64,000 bases of DNA from Candidatus Latescibacterota bacterium (GCA_965206595.1 OZ242214.1:1440001-1504000), one strand, 5' to 3'. Shown: positions 33,014 through 47,506, counted from the stretch's first letter. Numbers and translations: made by a program. The notes: generated from the letters alone by a model not told the origin.

Positions 33014-33042
33014 GACTGCCGTCGCGCCGAGGCGACTGATCA

Positions 33043-34272
33043 TTGAGCACTCCTCCCCAGATCTGGGATGCCGTCGAGGGCATCATCGGCTCCGCCACCA
33101 GGATCGGCCTGGCGGTCACCGGCGGGGGGAGCGTCGCGATCCCGTGGCTGGTGAATCACCCGGGGGCCTCGCGCGCGGTCGTCGAGGTACAGGTCCCCTA
33201 TCACCCCGGCGCCCTCCAAGGCTTCTTGAGTCGGTCGCGACCGCTTCCGGTCAATGAGGAGACAGCGCGGCTGATGGCTCACCGCGCCTATTGCCGCACT
33301 GCGGAACTCGTCAGTGGTGGTCCGACGAAGGGCCCAGCTTCCGGCTGCATCGGCGCAGGCTGCACAGCCGCTCTCGCTACGACCCGCAGGCGGCGGGGCG
33401 AGGACAGAGCCCGGATCGCGGTACGCTCCCGCGATTCCTACGAGACCTTGTCGATTGCCTTCGACAAGGGAAAAGCCGGCCGCTTCGATCAGGAGGATGT
33501 GCTGAGCAGGGAGTTGGTTTTCGCGCTTGCCCGGGCCTGCGGGGTTGCGGTTCCTGCATCCCCCTTCTCTCCGTCCTGGTGGAAGCTCCGCCGCCGCCGT
33601 TTCCCCGTAGTGGCGGAAATCGAAGATGTCATGTGTGGAGAGCGGGAGGTCGCCGTCTGGAATCCGCCCTCAACCGGTGCCAGCGGGGAACCCGAAAAGC
33701 CGTCCCGATCGGATGAGCGTCTGTTTCTGTCAGGCTCCTTCAATCCTCAGCACGAAGGCCATCTGGGGCTGGCGCGGGCAGCGGGGGAGTTGAGCGGACT
33801 CTCCCCCATGCTGGAGCTCTCGATCGCCAACGTCGACAAACCTGAATTGACCTATACAGAAGTCCTCGCCAGGCTGAACACGACCTCCCTGCCGGTCTTC
33901 GTAACCAGAGCAGCCACCTTTGTTGAAAAAGCGCGCCTCTTTCCCGGCTGTCATTTCGCCATCGGCTACGACACCGCGGTGCGGCTGCTCGATCCTGCCT
34001 ATTACGGGGGCCGGGAAGGGGCGGTGTCCGAAGCTCTGGCGGAGTTGGATCAGGCTTCGTGCCGGTTCTACGTCGCCGGCCGCCTGCAACATAATCGGTT
34101 CGCGACCATGAACGACCTCGAGCTTCCTCGGCGCTTCGCGCATCTCTTCGTCGACCTGCCGGAAAGCCTGTTCCGCAGCGATTGGAGTTCGACCTCGATC
34201 AGGGAGTCCGAAACAACAGAGACCACCAGCGGGTCGGCACCATCCTCGAAGGAGTCGGTTGAACCGGAATGA
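33043..34272 (+). CDS. CinA-C/PncC-like domain fused to an HxGH nucleotidyltransferase (NadD-like) domain
   Basis: N-terminal AVTGGG...PGASR; C-terminal GSFNPQHEGH, IGYDT, SSTSIR. Confidence 0.75.
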   Translation: MSTPPQIWDAVEGIIGSATRIGLAVTGGGSVAIPWLVNHPGASRAVVEVQVPYHPGALQGFLSRSRPLPVNEETARLMAHRAYCRTAELVSGGPTKGPASGCIGAGCTAALATTRRRRGEDRARIAVRSRDSYETLSIAFDKGKAGRFDQEDVLSRELVFALARACGVAVPASPFSPSWWKLRRRRFPVVAEIEDVMCGEREVAVWNPPSTGASGEPEKPSRSDERLFLSGSFNPQHEGHLGLARAAGELSGLSPMLELSIANVDKPELTYTEVLARLNTTSLPVFVTRAATFVEKARLFPGCHFAIGYDTAVRLLDPAYYGGREGAVSEALAELDQASCRFYVAGRLQHNRFATMNDLELPRRFAHLFVDLPESLFRSDWSSTSIRESETTETTSGSAPSSKESVEPE

Positions 34273-35504
34273 CCCTGGCAGCCCTCGAACAGGTGGATCG
34301 TTCCGGCAGCCATATTGCCTCCCGGCTGCGCAGGCTGGTAGCCATCCCCACCGTCAATCCTCCCGGGGAACGCTACGGGGAGATGGTGGACTGTCTGGAG
34401 AAATCCTGTGCCGGCCTCGGCATGGAGACGCGCGTTCACCAGGTGCCTGCGAAAACCGCCGAAGCGGCGGGAATCGCTCCGGGCTATCCCCGTTACAATC
34501 TGATTGCGCGGTGGGACGTGGGTGCGGCGCGCACCGTCCACTTCAACGCTCATTACGATGTCGTCCCGGCAGCGGGAAAATGGAAGTTCCCCCCCTTTCA
34601 GCCACAGGTGGAGAACGGCTGGATATACGGGCGCGGTTCCGGAGACATGAAGGGATCGATCGTCGCCCTGCTGACTGCCATCGATTGCCTTCGCCGTAGC
34701 GGCGCGCAGCCGGCGTTCAACATCGAATGCTCATTTACCGCCGACGAGGAGACGGGCGGAGAGCTGGGAGCCGGGTACATCGTTCGCCAGGGACTGGTGA
34801 ATGCCGAGAGTGCAGTCGTGTGCGAAGGAGCTTCCGGCACGCGGGTAGGCCTTGGTCACAACGGCGTACTGTGGCTGTACGTCCATCTTCAGGGAAAACC
34901 GGCGCACGCCTCGAACCCCGACCTAGGTCGCAACGCGTTTGAAGCGATGCTCGCTGTTGGCGGTCACCTGCAGCGACACAAGAAGGAACTGACTACCTCC
35001 GCGAGAAGATATCGTGATTTCAACGGCAAAGACCGCTATCCGACACTGAATATCGGGGGGGTCTTCGGAGGAACCGGCCAGAAGGTCAATACGGTTCCGG
35101 GCGATGCCTTCTTTAGCATCGACCGGCGGGTTCCCCCCAACGAGCGCATCGGGCAGGCGGAACGGGAGCTGCGTTCGAGCATTGCCGTGGGGGCGGCGAC
35201 GCAGCCGCAGGTTCGCTGCCGGGTCGAAACGGCACTGAGGATCGACCCCTGCGTGATGGATGCCGCTCACGATCTGCCGCAGCTGTTTTCCCGCTCCGTC
35301 AAGGCGGTGCGTCGCCGCAGTGCGGGATTTCGCGTCACCAGCGGATTTACCGACCTCCATTTCTTCATCGAGGAAGCCGGCATTCCGGCCATCGGCTACG
35401 GGGTCGACGGCAGGCGCGCCCACGGTGCGGACGAGCGCGTCCGCCTGCGGGATGTCGCCAGCACGGCGAAGACCTACGCCCACTTCATGCTTACGGGGGT
35501 GTGA
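34269..35504 (+). CDS. M20/ArgE/DapE family amidohydrolase
   Basis: HYDVVP, GRGSGDMKG, DEE, HGADE. Confidence 0.92.
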   Translation: MTLAALEQVDRSGSHIASRLRRLVAIPTVNPPGERYGEMVDCLEKSCAGLGMETRVHQVPAKTAEAAGIAPGYPRYNLIARWDVGAARTVHFNAHYDVVPAAGKWKFPPFQPQVENGWIYGRGSGDMKGSIVALLTAIDCLRRSGAQPAFNIECSFTADEETGGELGAGYIVRQGLVNAESAVVCEGASGTRVGLGHNGVLWLYVHLQGKPAHASNPDLGRNAFEAMLAVGGHLQRHKKELTTSARRYRDFNGKDRYPTLNIGGVFGGTGQKVNTVPGDAFFSIDRRVPPNERIGQAERELRSSIAVGAATQPQVRCRVETALRIDPCVMDAAHDLPQLFSRSVKAVRRRSAGFRVTSGFTDLHFFIEEAGIPAIGYGVDGRRAHGADERVRLRDVASTAKTYAHFMLTGV

Positions 35505-35510
35505 GCGCGG

Positions 35511-36233
35511 GTGGATGTTTTCAAGGAATTCCTGCGCGTCTCGTACGATCACTTCGGTGGCCTGATCTGCATTAACATCCTGTGGTCGCTGTTCTCAATA
35601 CCTTGGCTCGCCGTCGCCGCGGCCGCGGTTCTGTACGGGGCGGCCCTGCAGGGGGATTGGGCACCTCATGCCCAAGTGCTTGCCCTCGTTCTCGCCACCG
35701 AGTTCGTCTGGTTTGCTCCCCCGACGGTCCTTCTGTTCCTCGCCGCCCAGCAGTGGCTCGATGGTCGCGGGGCTTCATTCAGGTCCTTGGCGGGGCAACT
35801 GCCCGGACACGCCCTGCGCGCCCAGAGTGCGGGACTGGCAATAATGGCGACGACTTGCCTGCTGGCGGTCAACCTCATCTTCTATCACCACCTCGGCGGC
35901 TGGCTGGGAGCGATTCTTTCCGGGCTCATGGGCTGGCTGTTGTTGGGGTTGTTCCTGGTCTCGCTATACGTCATACCGATGCTGCTCGCCGGCGAGACCG
36001 GCCTCCGGGGCGCCAGCCTCGGCAGTCTGCTCTTCGTCGTTTCCAACCCGGGCAGGTCGCTGGTTCTGCTCGCCCTCGTCGCAAGTCTGCTTATCCTCGG
36101 ACTGGCCTCGGGAATCGGACTGCTGTGCGGTATCTCCGCGGCCATTGCGCTGCTGGAGAGCGCCTGGGTGCAACGCCTTGCCCCGGAAGCGGAGGGGTGC
36201 AGTTCCACCTTGAGGAACGGCAATGAGAGTTGA
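35511..36233 (+). CDS. Membrane protein (DUF624-like)
   Basis: INILWSL motif and 5-6 hydrophobic segments; stop overlaps nnr start. Confidence 0.65.
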   Translation: MDVFKEFLRVSYDHFGGLICINILWSLFSIPWLAVAAAAVLYGAALQGDWAPHAQVLALVLATEFVWFAPPTVLLFLAAQQWLDGRGASFRSLAGQLPGHALRAQSAGLAIMATTCLLAVNLIFYHHLGGWLGAILSGLMGWLLLGLFLVSLYVIPMLLAGETGLRGASLGSLLFVVSNPGRSLVLLALVASLLILGLASGIGLLCGISAAIALLESAWVQRLAPEAEGCSSTLRNGNES

Positions 36234-37833
36234 GTGCACCAAACTGGTTACCGGCAGGCAGATGGCCGCCATCGACAGGGCCGCCATCGATGGGCACGGC
36301 ATCCCCGGGATCGAGTTGATGGAACGCGCCGCGTCCCGGGTAGTGGAGACCATCCGCTCACAGTGGAACGGTCTGGAAGGGCTTGAGATCGCGGTGGTTT
36401 GCGGCAAGGGAAACAACGGTGGGGACGGTTTCGCAATAGCACGCCTGCTGCACCAGGCGGGAGTTCCCGTTCACGCCTTTACCACCTGCGAACCGGCAGC
36501 GTTTTCGCCCGATGCCGCCCACCACTTCGCCCTGCTCGTCGCCACAGGGGCATCGGTACGGAAATTTCCGGGGGGCGGTGCTGCGGACATGCTCGCCGAG
36601 TGCGATCTCGTGATCGATTGCCTGCTGGGTACCGGACTGCGGGGAGCTGCCCGGGACAATGCCGCCGGGATTATCGAATCGATCAACGACAGTGGGCGAC
36701 CCGTCGTCTCCGTCGACATACCCTCGGGAGTCGAAGCTGATTCGGGAAGGATCCGGGGTGCGAGCATAAAGGCCGCGGTCACCGTCACCTTCGGCCTCCC
36801 GAAGATCGGTCAGTTGTTTCACCCCGGTCGCAGCCGTTGCGGCAGGCTTCACCTTGTAGACATCGGTTTTCCGGAAGAGGTGGTTAAATCCACTCCCGCG
36901 GCAGGGTACCTGATTTCGGAAGCTGCCGCGGCCGAGCTGATCCCGCGTCGGCGGGAAAACGCTCACAAGGGGGACTGCGGATCGGTGGTTGTGGTAGCCG
37001 GTTCCGCGGGTATGACCGGGGCCGCGGCACTGACCGCCATGACGGCGCTCAAAACCGGGGCGGGACGGGTTACCGCGGCCATCCCCGAGAGCCTCAACGA
37101 CATTCTGGAGATGAAGCTGACCGAACCCATGACCTGCCCGATGCCGGAGGTCCGGCGTCATCGTTGCCTGTCCCTGAGGGCACTCGGGGCCATTCGCGGC
37201 ATCGCCGTCCGTGCCAACGTGCTGGCGATCGGCCCCGGTCTCGGAACCCATCCGGAAACCACCGAACTGGTGCGCCGGGTACTGACCTGCGAGGAATTGC
37301 CGGTGGTGGTCGACGCCGACGGGCTGAATTCCCTGGTTGGTCATTCCGATGTATACAGGGCATCCGCATGGAGACCGGATTCGGGCCCGAACAGAGTGTT
37401 GACTCCCCATCTGGAGGAATTCTGCCGACTCACCGGTTTGTCGAAGGAGGAAGTCGCCGAGGACCCGATTGCGAGCCTGGTCCGGTTCGCCCAGGACTGT
37501 GGAGCCGTCGTCCTCCTCAAGGGCGCCCCTACCTGTGTCGGTTTGCCGGATGGAAAAGCCTACGTCTGCCCCTCGGGAAATGCCGGCATGGCGACCGCGG
37601 GCTCCGGGGATGTGCTGACGGGGCTGATAGCCGGGCTCATCGCCCAAGGGCTGCCCGCCGACGAAGCCGCGTGCTGTGGCGCCTTTCTGCACGGCCGCGC
37701 CGGGGATATCGCCCGCGACCGCATCGGTGAGTGGGGGTTGGTGGCAGGCGATATTCAGGATGCGGTTCCCGAGGCGATTATGGACGTATTCGGGCAAAAA
37801 TGCGGGGGTATGGAGCAGCCTTGCCACGCTTGA
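36223..37833 (+). CDS. nnr: Bifunctional NAD(P)H-hydrate epimerase/dehydratase
   Basis: GKGNNGGDG, VDIPSG, HKG, TPH, GSGDVL. Confidence 0.95.
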   Translation: MRVECTKLVTGRQMAAIDRAAIDGHGIPGIELMERAASRVVETIRSQWNGLEGLEIAVVCGKGNNGGDGFAIARLLHQAGVPVHAFTTCEPAAFSPDAAHHFALLVATGASVRKFPGGGAADMLAECDLVIDCLLGTGLRGAARDNAAGIIESINDSGRPVVSVDIPSGVEADSGRIRGASIKAAVTVTFGLPKIGQLFHPGRSRCGRLHLVDIGFPEEVVKSTPAAGYLISEAAAAELIPRRRENAHKGDCGSVVVVAGSAGMTGAAALTAMTALKTGAGRVTAAIPESLNDILEMKLTEPMTCPMPEVRRHRCLSLRALGAIRGIAVRANVLAIGPGLGTHPETTELVRRVLTCEELPVVVDADGLNSLVGHSDVYRASAWRPDSGPNRVLTPHLEEFCRLTGLSKEEVAEDPIASLVRFAQDCGAVVLLKGAPTCVGLPDGKAYVCPSGNAGMATAGSGDVLTGLIAGLIAQGLPADEAACCGAFLHGRAGDIARDRIGEWGLVAGDIQDAVPEAIMDVFGQKCGGMEQPCHA

Positions 37834-37993
37834 CTTGGCAAGGGGGATCGAGTACCCTATTGCCGGCTTCGAGTGGGGGGAAATCCCCTCATTTTTCCTT
37901 TCGGTAGCGTCGCAAACTCCCCGGAAAAGCTTCCCCGATACTTGGCGGTTTTGCCGTAGGCGGCAATTTCTCCAGACCTGACTCGAACTGGAA

Positions 37994-38533
37994 ATGACAA
38001 AAGTCCGAGAAGCGATAGAAGAGATAATCGAGGAGTCCTATCTCCTGGGGCGTTCCGAACGGGAAATCCGCCAGGATTTCAAGCGCTTCATCGATACCTG
38101 TTACGCCGTCATAAACGAAAACATCAAGGATCGCGACGTTGTTTCCAGTCTCGCGGAGAATCTCGAGCGCGAGCAGGCGGTCCTGATCGTCGACCGTGGC
38201 GACGGCTCTGCCGAGACTGAGCCGGATGGGGCAACCGCAGCTTCAGACGAGGTCCGGCCTCCTGAAGATTTTTGTGAGGAAGTCGCGCGTCGCAAGCGCC
38301 AGATCCTTCGCGCCATCGCCAAGTACGATCCGGAGCTGGTGCGCCTGATAAACGAGCACCGCTTTCAGTGCGAAATTGACGAACCCTTCAGACCCCGGTT
38401 CAGACGGTCGCTTCCAACCGGCCGGCAAATCGATTGGGCGACCCTGAAATTGCAGCTGCTCAAAATCGGCTACGCGACAACGATCGGCCTGATCGTTCTG
38501 CTGATCTGGCTCGGCTTCGTACAGAAGACTTAG
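37994..38533 (+). CDS. Hypothetical protein with a C-terminal transmembrane anchor
   Basis: Charged helical body; hydrophobic tail IGLIVLLIWLGFV. Confidence 0.75.
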   Translation: MTKVREAIEEIIEESYLLGRSEREIRQDFKRFIDTCYAVINENIKDRDVVSSLAENLEREQAVLIVDRGDGSAETEPDGATAASDEVRPPEDFCEEVARRKRQILRAIAKYDPELVRLINEHRFQCEIDEPFRPRFRRSLPTGRQIDWATLKLQLLKIGYATTIGLIVLLIWLGFVQKT

Positions 38534-38739
38534 GCGTTCGGCGACCCGCCTTCCGGATGTGACAGCAACAGGGAGAGTTTTCCGAGGACGCCTGGCTCGG
38601 CACCGGCAAACACTCCCCGTCTTCCGCCGAATCACCCCGATAACTGACTCTACTTCCCTCCGCAGAGACCGGACTGGTGCTCTGCGTTCTTCATTTCGAG
38701 GGCAGGGCGCGGCTACCACCCCTTCCCAGCTGACAAGGT

Positions 38740-41963
<3,224 letters not shown>

Positions 41964-41967
<4 letters not shown>

Positions 41968-44900
41968 TTGCACCCTTGCGAATTTTTCCCGCGACACCGG
42001 CTGCGCTGCTCTTCTTCTGCGCATCCGTGCTGGGTGGCTGCGTCTATTTCAATACCTATTTCAATGCCCAGAGGTATTTCCGGCAGGCGGAAAAGGCGAG
42101 GAAGGAAATCGAACAGCAGCAGCCGGAGAGGACAGACCGGGAGGACCGTCGATCCCGGCCTTATCGTAGCCAACAGCGTAGTCGAGGCGGGGAGGCCCCG
42201 AACGACCTGTACGAACAGGCGGCTCGCAAGGCCTCCAAGGTTCTTGAGAAGCATCGCGACAGCGATCTCGTAGACGACGCCATGTTCCTCCTGGGCAGGG
42301 CGTTCTACTGGCAGGGCGACTACCGCGATGCCGCGAGGTCGTTCAGGGACCTGGAGACCAACTTTCCCGAAAGCGAGTACTTCACCCGTTCCCAGTACTG
42401 GCGCGGGCTATGCATGGAGGGCCAGGGTGCCTATGCGGAAGCGCGAAGCATCTATCGCACCCTTTTCAGCGCTGCTGCGGACGCCGACATAGCCGCCCTC
42501 GCCGGCATGCGTCTCGGCGAGATAGCATTCAAGCAGGAGGAGTATGCCTCCGCGATTCAGGAGTACAGATCGACCTTGGAGAGCTTTCCGAAAGCCGGGA
42601 ACCGCGCAGAGCTGTGGCTCCGGATAGGTGAAGCCGCAGTAGCGCTGGAGGACTCCTCGCTGTTCGGTACGGCCGCCGACGCGTTTGCTGAGGTGTTGCG
42701 CGAATCTCCTGATAACGGGATCGAGTACAGAGCGCGCCTGGAGCAGGGCCGCCTGTTGTACCAGATGGGAGATGTCGAGGAGGCAAGGCATACGTACCTG
42801 CAACTGCTCAAGGACGGGAGCTTTCGAACCTTCGAAGGGCAGACCCGCCTGCTGATCGGTCAGTACTACGAGGACCAGGGTTTACCGGAAGAAGCCCTCG
42901 GTGAATTCACCCGGGTCCGCGATGATTTTCCCCAGACCGACGCCTCGGCGATGGCGATTTACCGCACCTCTCTCATCTATCTGAGCCGCAACGCCGACCG
43001 CGTCCTGGCGCGGGATTACCTCGAGACCGTGTCCGCGGAGAAGAGGAATTCCGAGGCGGCGCAACTCGCGAAGGAAACCCTGTCCGACCTGAATGAGGCG
43101 GAAAAGCTGCTGCGCAAGATCCATGTGGCGGATTCCCTGGATGTCGCAGAGGCAGCAGCTGCCGATTCCGCGGCCCTGGCGCTGGCCGCCGCGCCCGACA
43201 GTGCGGCAATGTCCGGGAATGCACCCGGGCTAGCGGACACCGCTATCTCCGACAAGGAGGTCGACCAGATCTTACCGGGTATCGAGATGCCAGCGGTGCC
43301 CCCGGCGGACAGCTCGGAACTTGCCGATGTCGCCACCGCCCAGGCCGACACGGCTATCTCCGGCAGGGAGGTCGACCTAGCCTTCCCTGGTATCGAGATG
43401 TCAGGGGTGATCCCGGAGGACAGCGCTGCCGTGGCTGCCGACGTCACCGCTCCGGCGGACACGGCCCACTCCGGCAGGGAGGTCGACGAGGTTCTGGCCG
43501 GTATCGGGATTCCGGAGGTGCCCGCGGCGTCCGGCGTCCGGAACGGGGAGGACGAGGAGGTAGGATCGCGGACCTCTTTCGCAGGCGGACGGAAGAAATG
43601 GGAGGATCCCAGGAAGAAACTGGACGAGACCATCCTGGCCGTCGCCGAGATCTATCGGGACCGTTTCGCAATGCCGGACTCGGCCATCCACTTCTATCTC
43701 GAATTCACGCGGCGTTTCCCGGAATCGCACCAGGTTCCCAGGGCCCTCTACAGCATCGCCTGGATCCATACCGAAATGAAAGGGGACGAGGAGTCTGCGG
43801 CCCCCTGGCTGCAGCGACTTGTCCAGGATTTCCCGCTGACGGAACACGCCAATGCGGCGAAAGAACTACTCGGCAACGAAAGGGACGTCACCGCAGAACA
43901 GCGCGCCCTGGAGGAGTACGAACGCATCGAGAAGATCCGTCTGGAGGACATCGACTCCCTGGATCGCTACATGCCGGAGTTCGACCGGCTGATCGCGGAG
44001 TTTCCGGCAACCGAGTCCGGGGCGAGAGCGCTGTGGCTGACGGCCTGGACCTATGAGAACGTCGCCGGGGACTCCACAGCGGCTGAGGGCAGGTACGCGC
44101 GGATAGCAGAGGAGTTCCCAGGCACCCTCCTGGCCACGCACGCGCTCGAGCGCCAAGAGGCGCGTGCCGAGGGGCTGCTGGACAAGCTGGAGCGGGAATT
44201 CATTACGCTTCGTGGGGGGGAAAAACCAGGTGAGAAGGTAACGACGATCGCCGTCGAGCCGGACACGGCCGATTCAGTGTTGCTTGCGCGCAAGTATCTC
44301 GGCTTTGCGCTGCGCGCTCATCGCCGCGGAGTCCTGGAAACGGCGCGGGAGTATTACGAACTCTGTCTCGAGGAGAAGCAGCGCAGTCCGGAAGCCCTGT
44401 TCGGGCTGGGGGAAATAGCGTGGGAAGGTGCCTACTTCGACGACGCCCTCGACTATTATCACGACTCCTTGAGGATGCGCGGGAACCTGGTAGGGGTTTA
44501 TTACCGCCTGTTCGCCGTTCACACCCGGGAAGGCCGCGCCGATTCCTCCAACCACTATCTGCGCGAGATCCTCCGCAAGGACCGGGACAATCCTGCCGTC
44601 ATCTCCTTGAGGGACGAGTTCCCCACCTTGTTGGAATCCGAAGATCTCGACATGTCGACCCTGGAAGAGATCGACCTGCCCCTTCCCCCGCCTGAAGATC
44701 TTTACGCTCCGCCCAGGTCGCTGCTGCCCCTGCGCGAGGAGGCGGTGGTCCGCAAAAGTAGTCTGCCGGTGCTGCCGGCTGGTGCCGGAATGGATTCGGC
44801 TGAGGTCATCGTCGATATCCTCGTCACAGTCGAGGGGAAGCCAGCCGTTGTCGAGGCCTTTGTCGGGGAGGAGTCGCTGGTTCCCGAAGCCCTCGAGGCA

Positions 44901-45155
44901 GCTCGCCAGTACGTTTTTTTCCCCGCGATAGACTTGGACGGGGAAAAGGTGGAAGTGTGGGTGGAGATTGCGATTCCGTTCTACCCCAGCCGCGGGACCG
45001 ATCCTCAGTTAACCTCGGAGTCCGATTCGGGCGGGGCCGACTCGGTACTCCCCGAAACGGTGGCGTCGAAGGACGGGGTGCCTGTCGGGACCGTACTTCC
45101 TCCGGTCCAGCGGCAGGCGACGGACTCCGGGAGCGGACAAGAGGAGGCCGAATGA
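41964..45155 (+). CDS. Large TPR lipoprotein with a TonB-C-like C-terminal domain
   Basis: Lipobox LGGC; many TPR helices; C-terminal EVIVDILV...[13 protein letters not shown]...V.VEIAIPF; GTG overlaps the carB stop. Confidence 0.8.
43233..43530 (+). repeat. Three in-frame 111-nt (37-aa) degenerate tandem repeats
   Basis: Units start at 43233, 43344 and 43455: ADTA(I/H)S(D/G)(K/R)EVD....GI. Confidence 0.85.
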
Positions 45156-45976
45156 GCGATTACACGTCTCCCTCCGATTCCGAGGTTATGGTGGAGTCGA
45201 ACGAAGAGGTGGCCGCCGATTTCTACCGCCTCCGCCTTTTCCATCCTGCGGTGGCGAAGAGAGTTGTCCCCGGCCAGTTTGTCCAGCTGCAGGTGGGCAG
45301 CTGGGGGATGGCGCCGTTGTTGAGGGTGCCCCTCAGTGTCAGCGCCGCGGATTTGCGGAAAGGAACGATCGAGGTTCTGTTCGAAGACATGGGCCCGAAA
45401 ACCTCCCTGCTGAGTTGCGCCCGCGAGGGGGAGCATTTACGCTGCATTGGACCGCTGGGGATTGGTTTCCCGGATCCACCAGCGACCGCGGTTATGGTAG
45501 GGGGAGGTATCGGGGTTCCTCCATTGCTGTTCCTGGGTGAACGCCTGCGTGCCCGGCACCATCATGTGCGCCTTCTAGTGGGCGCTCGGGAGGCGGCGAA
45601 ACTGCTGCCGGAAGAGCTCCTGTCCGCAGCCGCTTCCGAACACCGGATCGCGACTGACGACGGCAGTACCGGGCAGAGGGGATTTGCAACCGATCTGCTG
45701 GTCGAGGAGCTCAGCACCCTATCCGCGGTTACGGTCTACACCTGTGGACCATCGGCGATGATGGCCGCGGTGGCGGGGATCTGCCGGGCTCGGGGCATTG
45801 CCTGTTTCGCGTCGCTCGAGGGATACATGGCCTGCGGGTTCGGAGTCTGCGTCGGCTGCGTCGTTCCCCGGGTTGCATCCGACTCCCCTTACCATCGCTA
45901 CAGCCGCATCTGCGCCGACGGGCCGGTGTACGATGCCCGCGAGATCGCCTGGGAAGATGTGCACTCGCTTCCGTAG
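45152..45976 (+). CDS. pyrK: Dihydroorotate dehydrogenase electron-transfer subunit
   Basis: PGQFV, GGGIGVPP, CGP, MACGFGVCVGC...C.DGPV. Confidence 0.93.
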   Translation: MSDYTSPSDSEVMVESNEEVAADFYRLRLFHPAVAKRVVPGQFVQLQVGSWGMAPLLRVPLSVSAADLRKGTIEVLFEDMGPKTSLLSCAREGEHLRCIGPLGIGFPDPPATAVMVGGGIGVPPLLFLGERLRARHHHVRLLVGAREAAKLLPEELLSAAASEHRIATDDGSTGQRGFATDLLVEELSTLSAVTVYTCGPSAMMAAVAGICRARGIACFASLEGYMACGFGVCVGCVVPRVASDSPYHRYSRICADGPVYDAREIAWEDVHSLP

Positions 45977-46047
45977 TGCCGCTGTCTTCTCCGGGAACAG
46001 GAATCGCGCCCGCAGGGATCGGTGCGACAGGAAATGCCCGGGTGGCA

Positions 46048-46959
46048 ATGGTTGAGCTGGCTACGAGGTTCGCCGGGATCGAACTGCGAAACCCGGTGCT
46101 CCTGGCGTCCGGGACGTGCGGGTATGGCGAAGAGCTCGAACCATTCGTCGATCTGGGGCGGGTAGGGGGCTTGGTGACCAAGACGATCACCCCCGAGCCA
46201 CGATCCGGAAATCCCCCTCCCAGAATCGTGGAAACCCCCGCGGGGATGCTAAACTCGATCGGGTTGCAGAATCCGGGCCTTCAGGGTTTCATCGCCGACA
46301 AGTGGCCCTACCTGCGGGAGCTGGACACCGAGGTCGTCGTCAACATCGCCGCCCCTACCGCAGAGCTGCATGGCGAGATGGCCGCGGCGCTGGATGCTCT
46401 CGACGGTATTGCGGCTCTGGAAGTGAACATTTCCTCCCCCAATATGCGCGACGGGGGAATGCTGTTCGGCTGCCGGCCGGAGGCGTCGGCAGAGGTCATC
46501 GCTGCAGTCAAGGGGGCTACGAAGCTGCCGGTAATCGCCAAACTCACGCCCAACGTCACGGACATCGGCGAGATCGCCAAGGCGGTGGAAGGGGCCGGAG
46601 CGGACGCCATTTCGCTGATAAACACCCTGGTGGGTATGGCAGTCGATGTCCGGGAGAGGCGACCGTTGCTGGCCAATGTCACCGGCGGCCTCTCGGGTCC
46701 TGCGATCAAGCCGGTGGCGCTGGCAATGACATGGAAGGTGCGGAACGCTGTCGCCGTGCCGCTGATCGGAACAGGGGGAATATCAACGGCGACGGACGCA
46801 ATCGAGTTCATGATCGCAGGGGCCACCTGTGTGCAGGTGGGCACCGCGACGTTCGTTATCCCTGATGCCGCTCTTGCTGTCGTCGACGGCATGCGCGCGC
46901 ATTGTGAAGAGAACGGCATCGACGACATCAACACGATCGTTGGCACTCTGAAGACCTAG
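46048..46959 (+). CDS. pyrD: Dihydroorotate dehydrogenase catalytic subunit (class 1B-like)
   Basis: LASGT, GNPPPR, KLTPNVTD, GGLSGPAIKP; active-site loop NISSPN. Confidence 0.95.
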   Translation: MVELATRFAGIELRNPVLLASGTCGYGEELEPFVDLGRVGGLVTKTITPEPRSGNPPPRIVETPAGMLNSIGLQNPGLQGFIADKWPYLRELDTEVVVNIAAPTAELHGEMAAALDALDGIAALEVNISSPNMRDGGMLFGCRPEASAEVIAAVKGATKLPVIAKLTPNVTDIGEIAKAVEGAGADAISLINTLVGMAVDVRERRPLLANVTGGLSGPAIKPVALAMTWKVRNAVAVPLIGTGGISTATDAIEFMIAGATCVQVGTATFVIPDAALAVVDGMRAHCEENGIDDINTIVGTLKT

Positions 46960-46981
46960 CTCTCGACGGGAGGTAGCCACG

Positions 46982-47506
46982 GTGGCCAGCGCGCGGTCGA
47001 CGGGATCCCGCAGCACCCTGTTCTCCCTGCTGCTGTTGTGGACCCAAACGTGGGTGTTCCACACTGCCTGCACTCCCCAACCCATATACAGGAATACCCC
47101 CTCGGAAATCGCGGCATCCTCCGCTTCCGCCGGGCGCGGGGGGCGAATCGCGAAGCCGCGAAAGACCGCCCACCCGGTCGACGTTTCCAAGATCTCCAAG
47201 GAGAACGCATACCAGATCGGAGTGGCTTCCTATTACGGCGAGAAGTTCCACGGCCGCAAGACGGCGAACGGCGAGATCTTCAACATGTACAAAATGACCG
47301 CCGCTCATCGCGTGCTGCCGCTGGGAACGATGATCCGGGTCACCCATCTGACCAACGGCAGGAGGGTGGTCGTGAAAGTGAACGACCGCGGGCCGTTCAT
47401 CGAGGGAAGGGTGCTCGACCTTTCCTTCGCCGCCGCACTGGAACTGGAGATGGTGGCCGCCGGGACCGCGGAGGTTATGATCGAAATCGTCCGCGAGGTC
47501 AACTGA
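46982..47506 (+). CDS. rlpA: RlpA family septal lytic transglycosylase
   Basis: ASYYG..FHGRKTANGE, TAAHR.LP, NDRGPF. Confidence 0.9.
   Translation: MASARSTGSRSTLFSLLLLWTQTWVFHTACTPQPIYRNTPSEIAASSASAGRGGRIAKPRKTAHPVDVSKISKENAYQIGVASYYGEKFHGRKTANGEIFNMYKMTAAHRVLPLGTMIRVTHLTNGRRVVVKVNDRGPFIEGRVLDLSFAAALELEMVAAGTAEVMIEIVREVN

Noticed and set aside
38534-38739. PyrR attenuator upstream of carB
   Set aside because: No PyrR binding-loop motif or U-tailed terminator found.
43233-43530. Repeat array as CRISPR-like
   Set aside because: Degenerate, in-frame coding repeats with no unique spacers and no cas genes.
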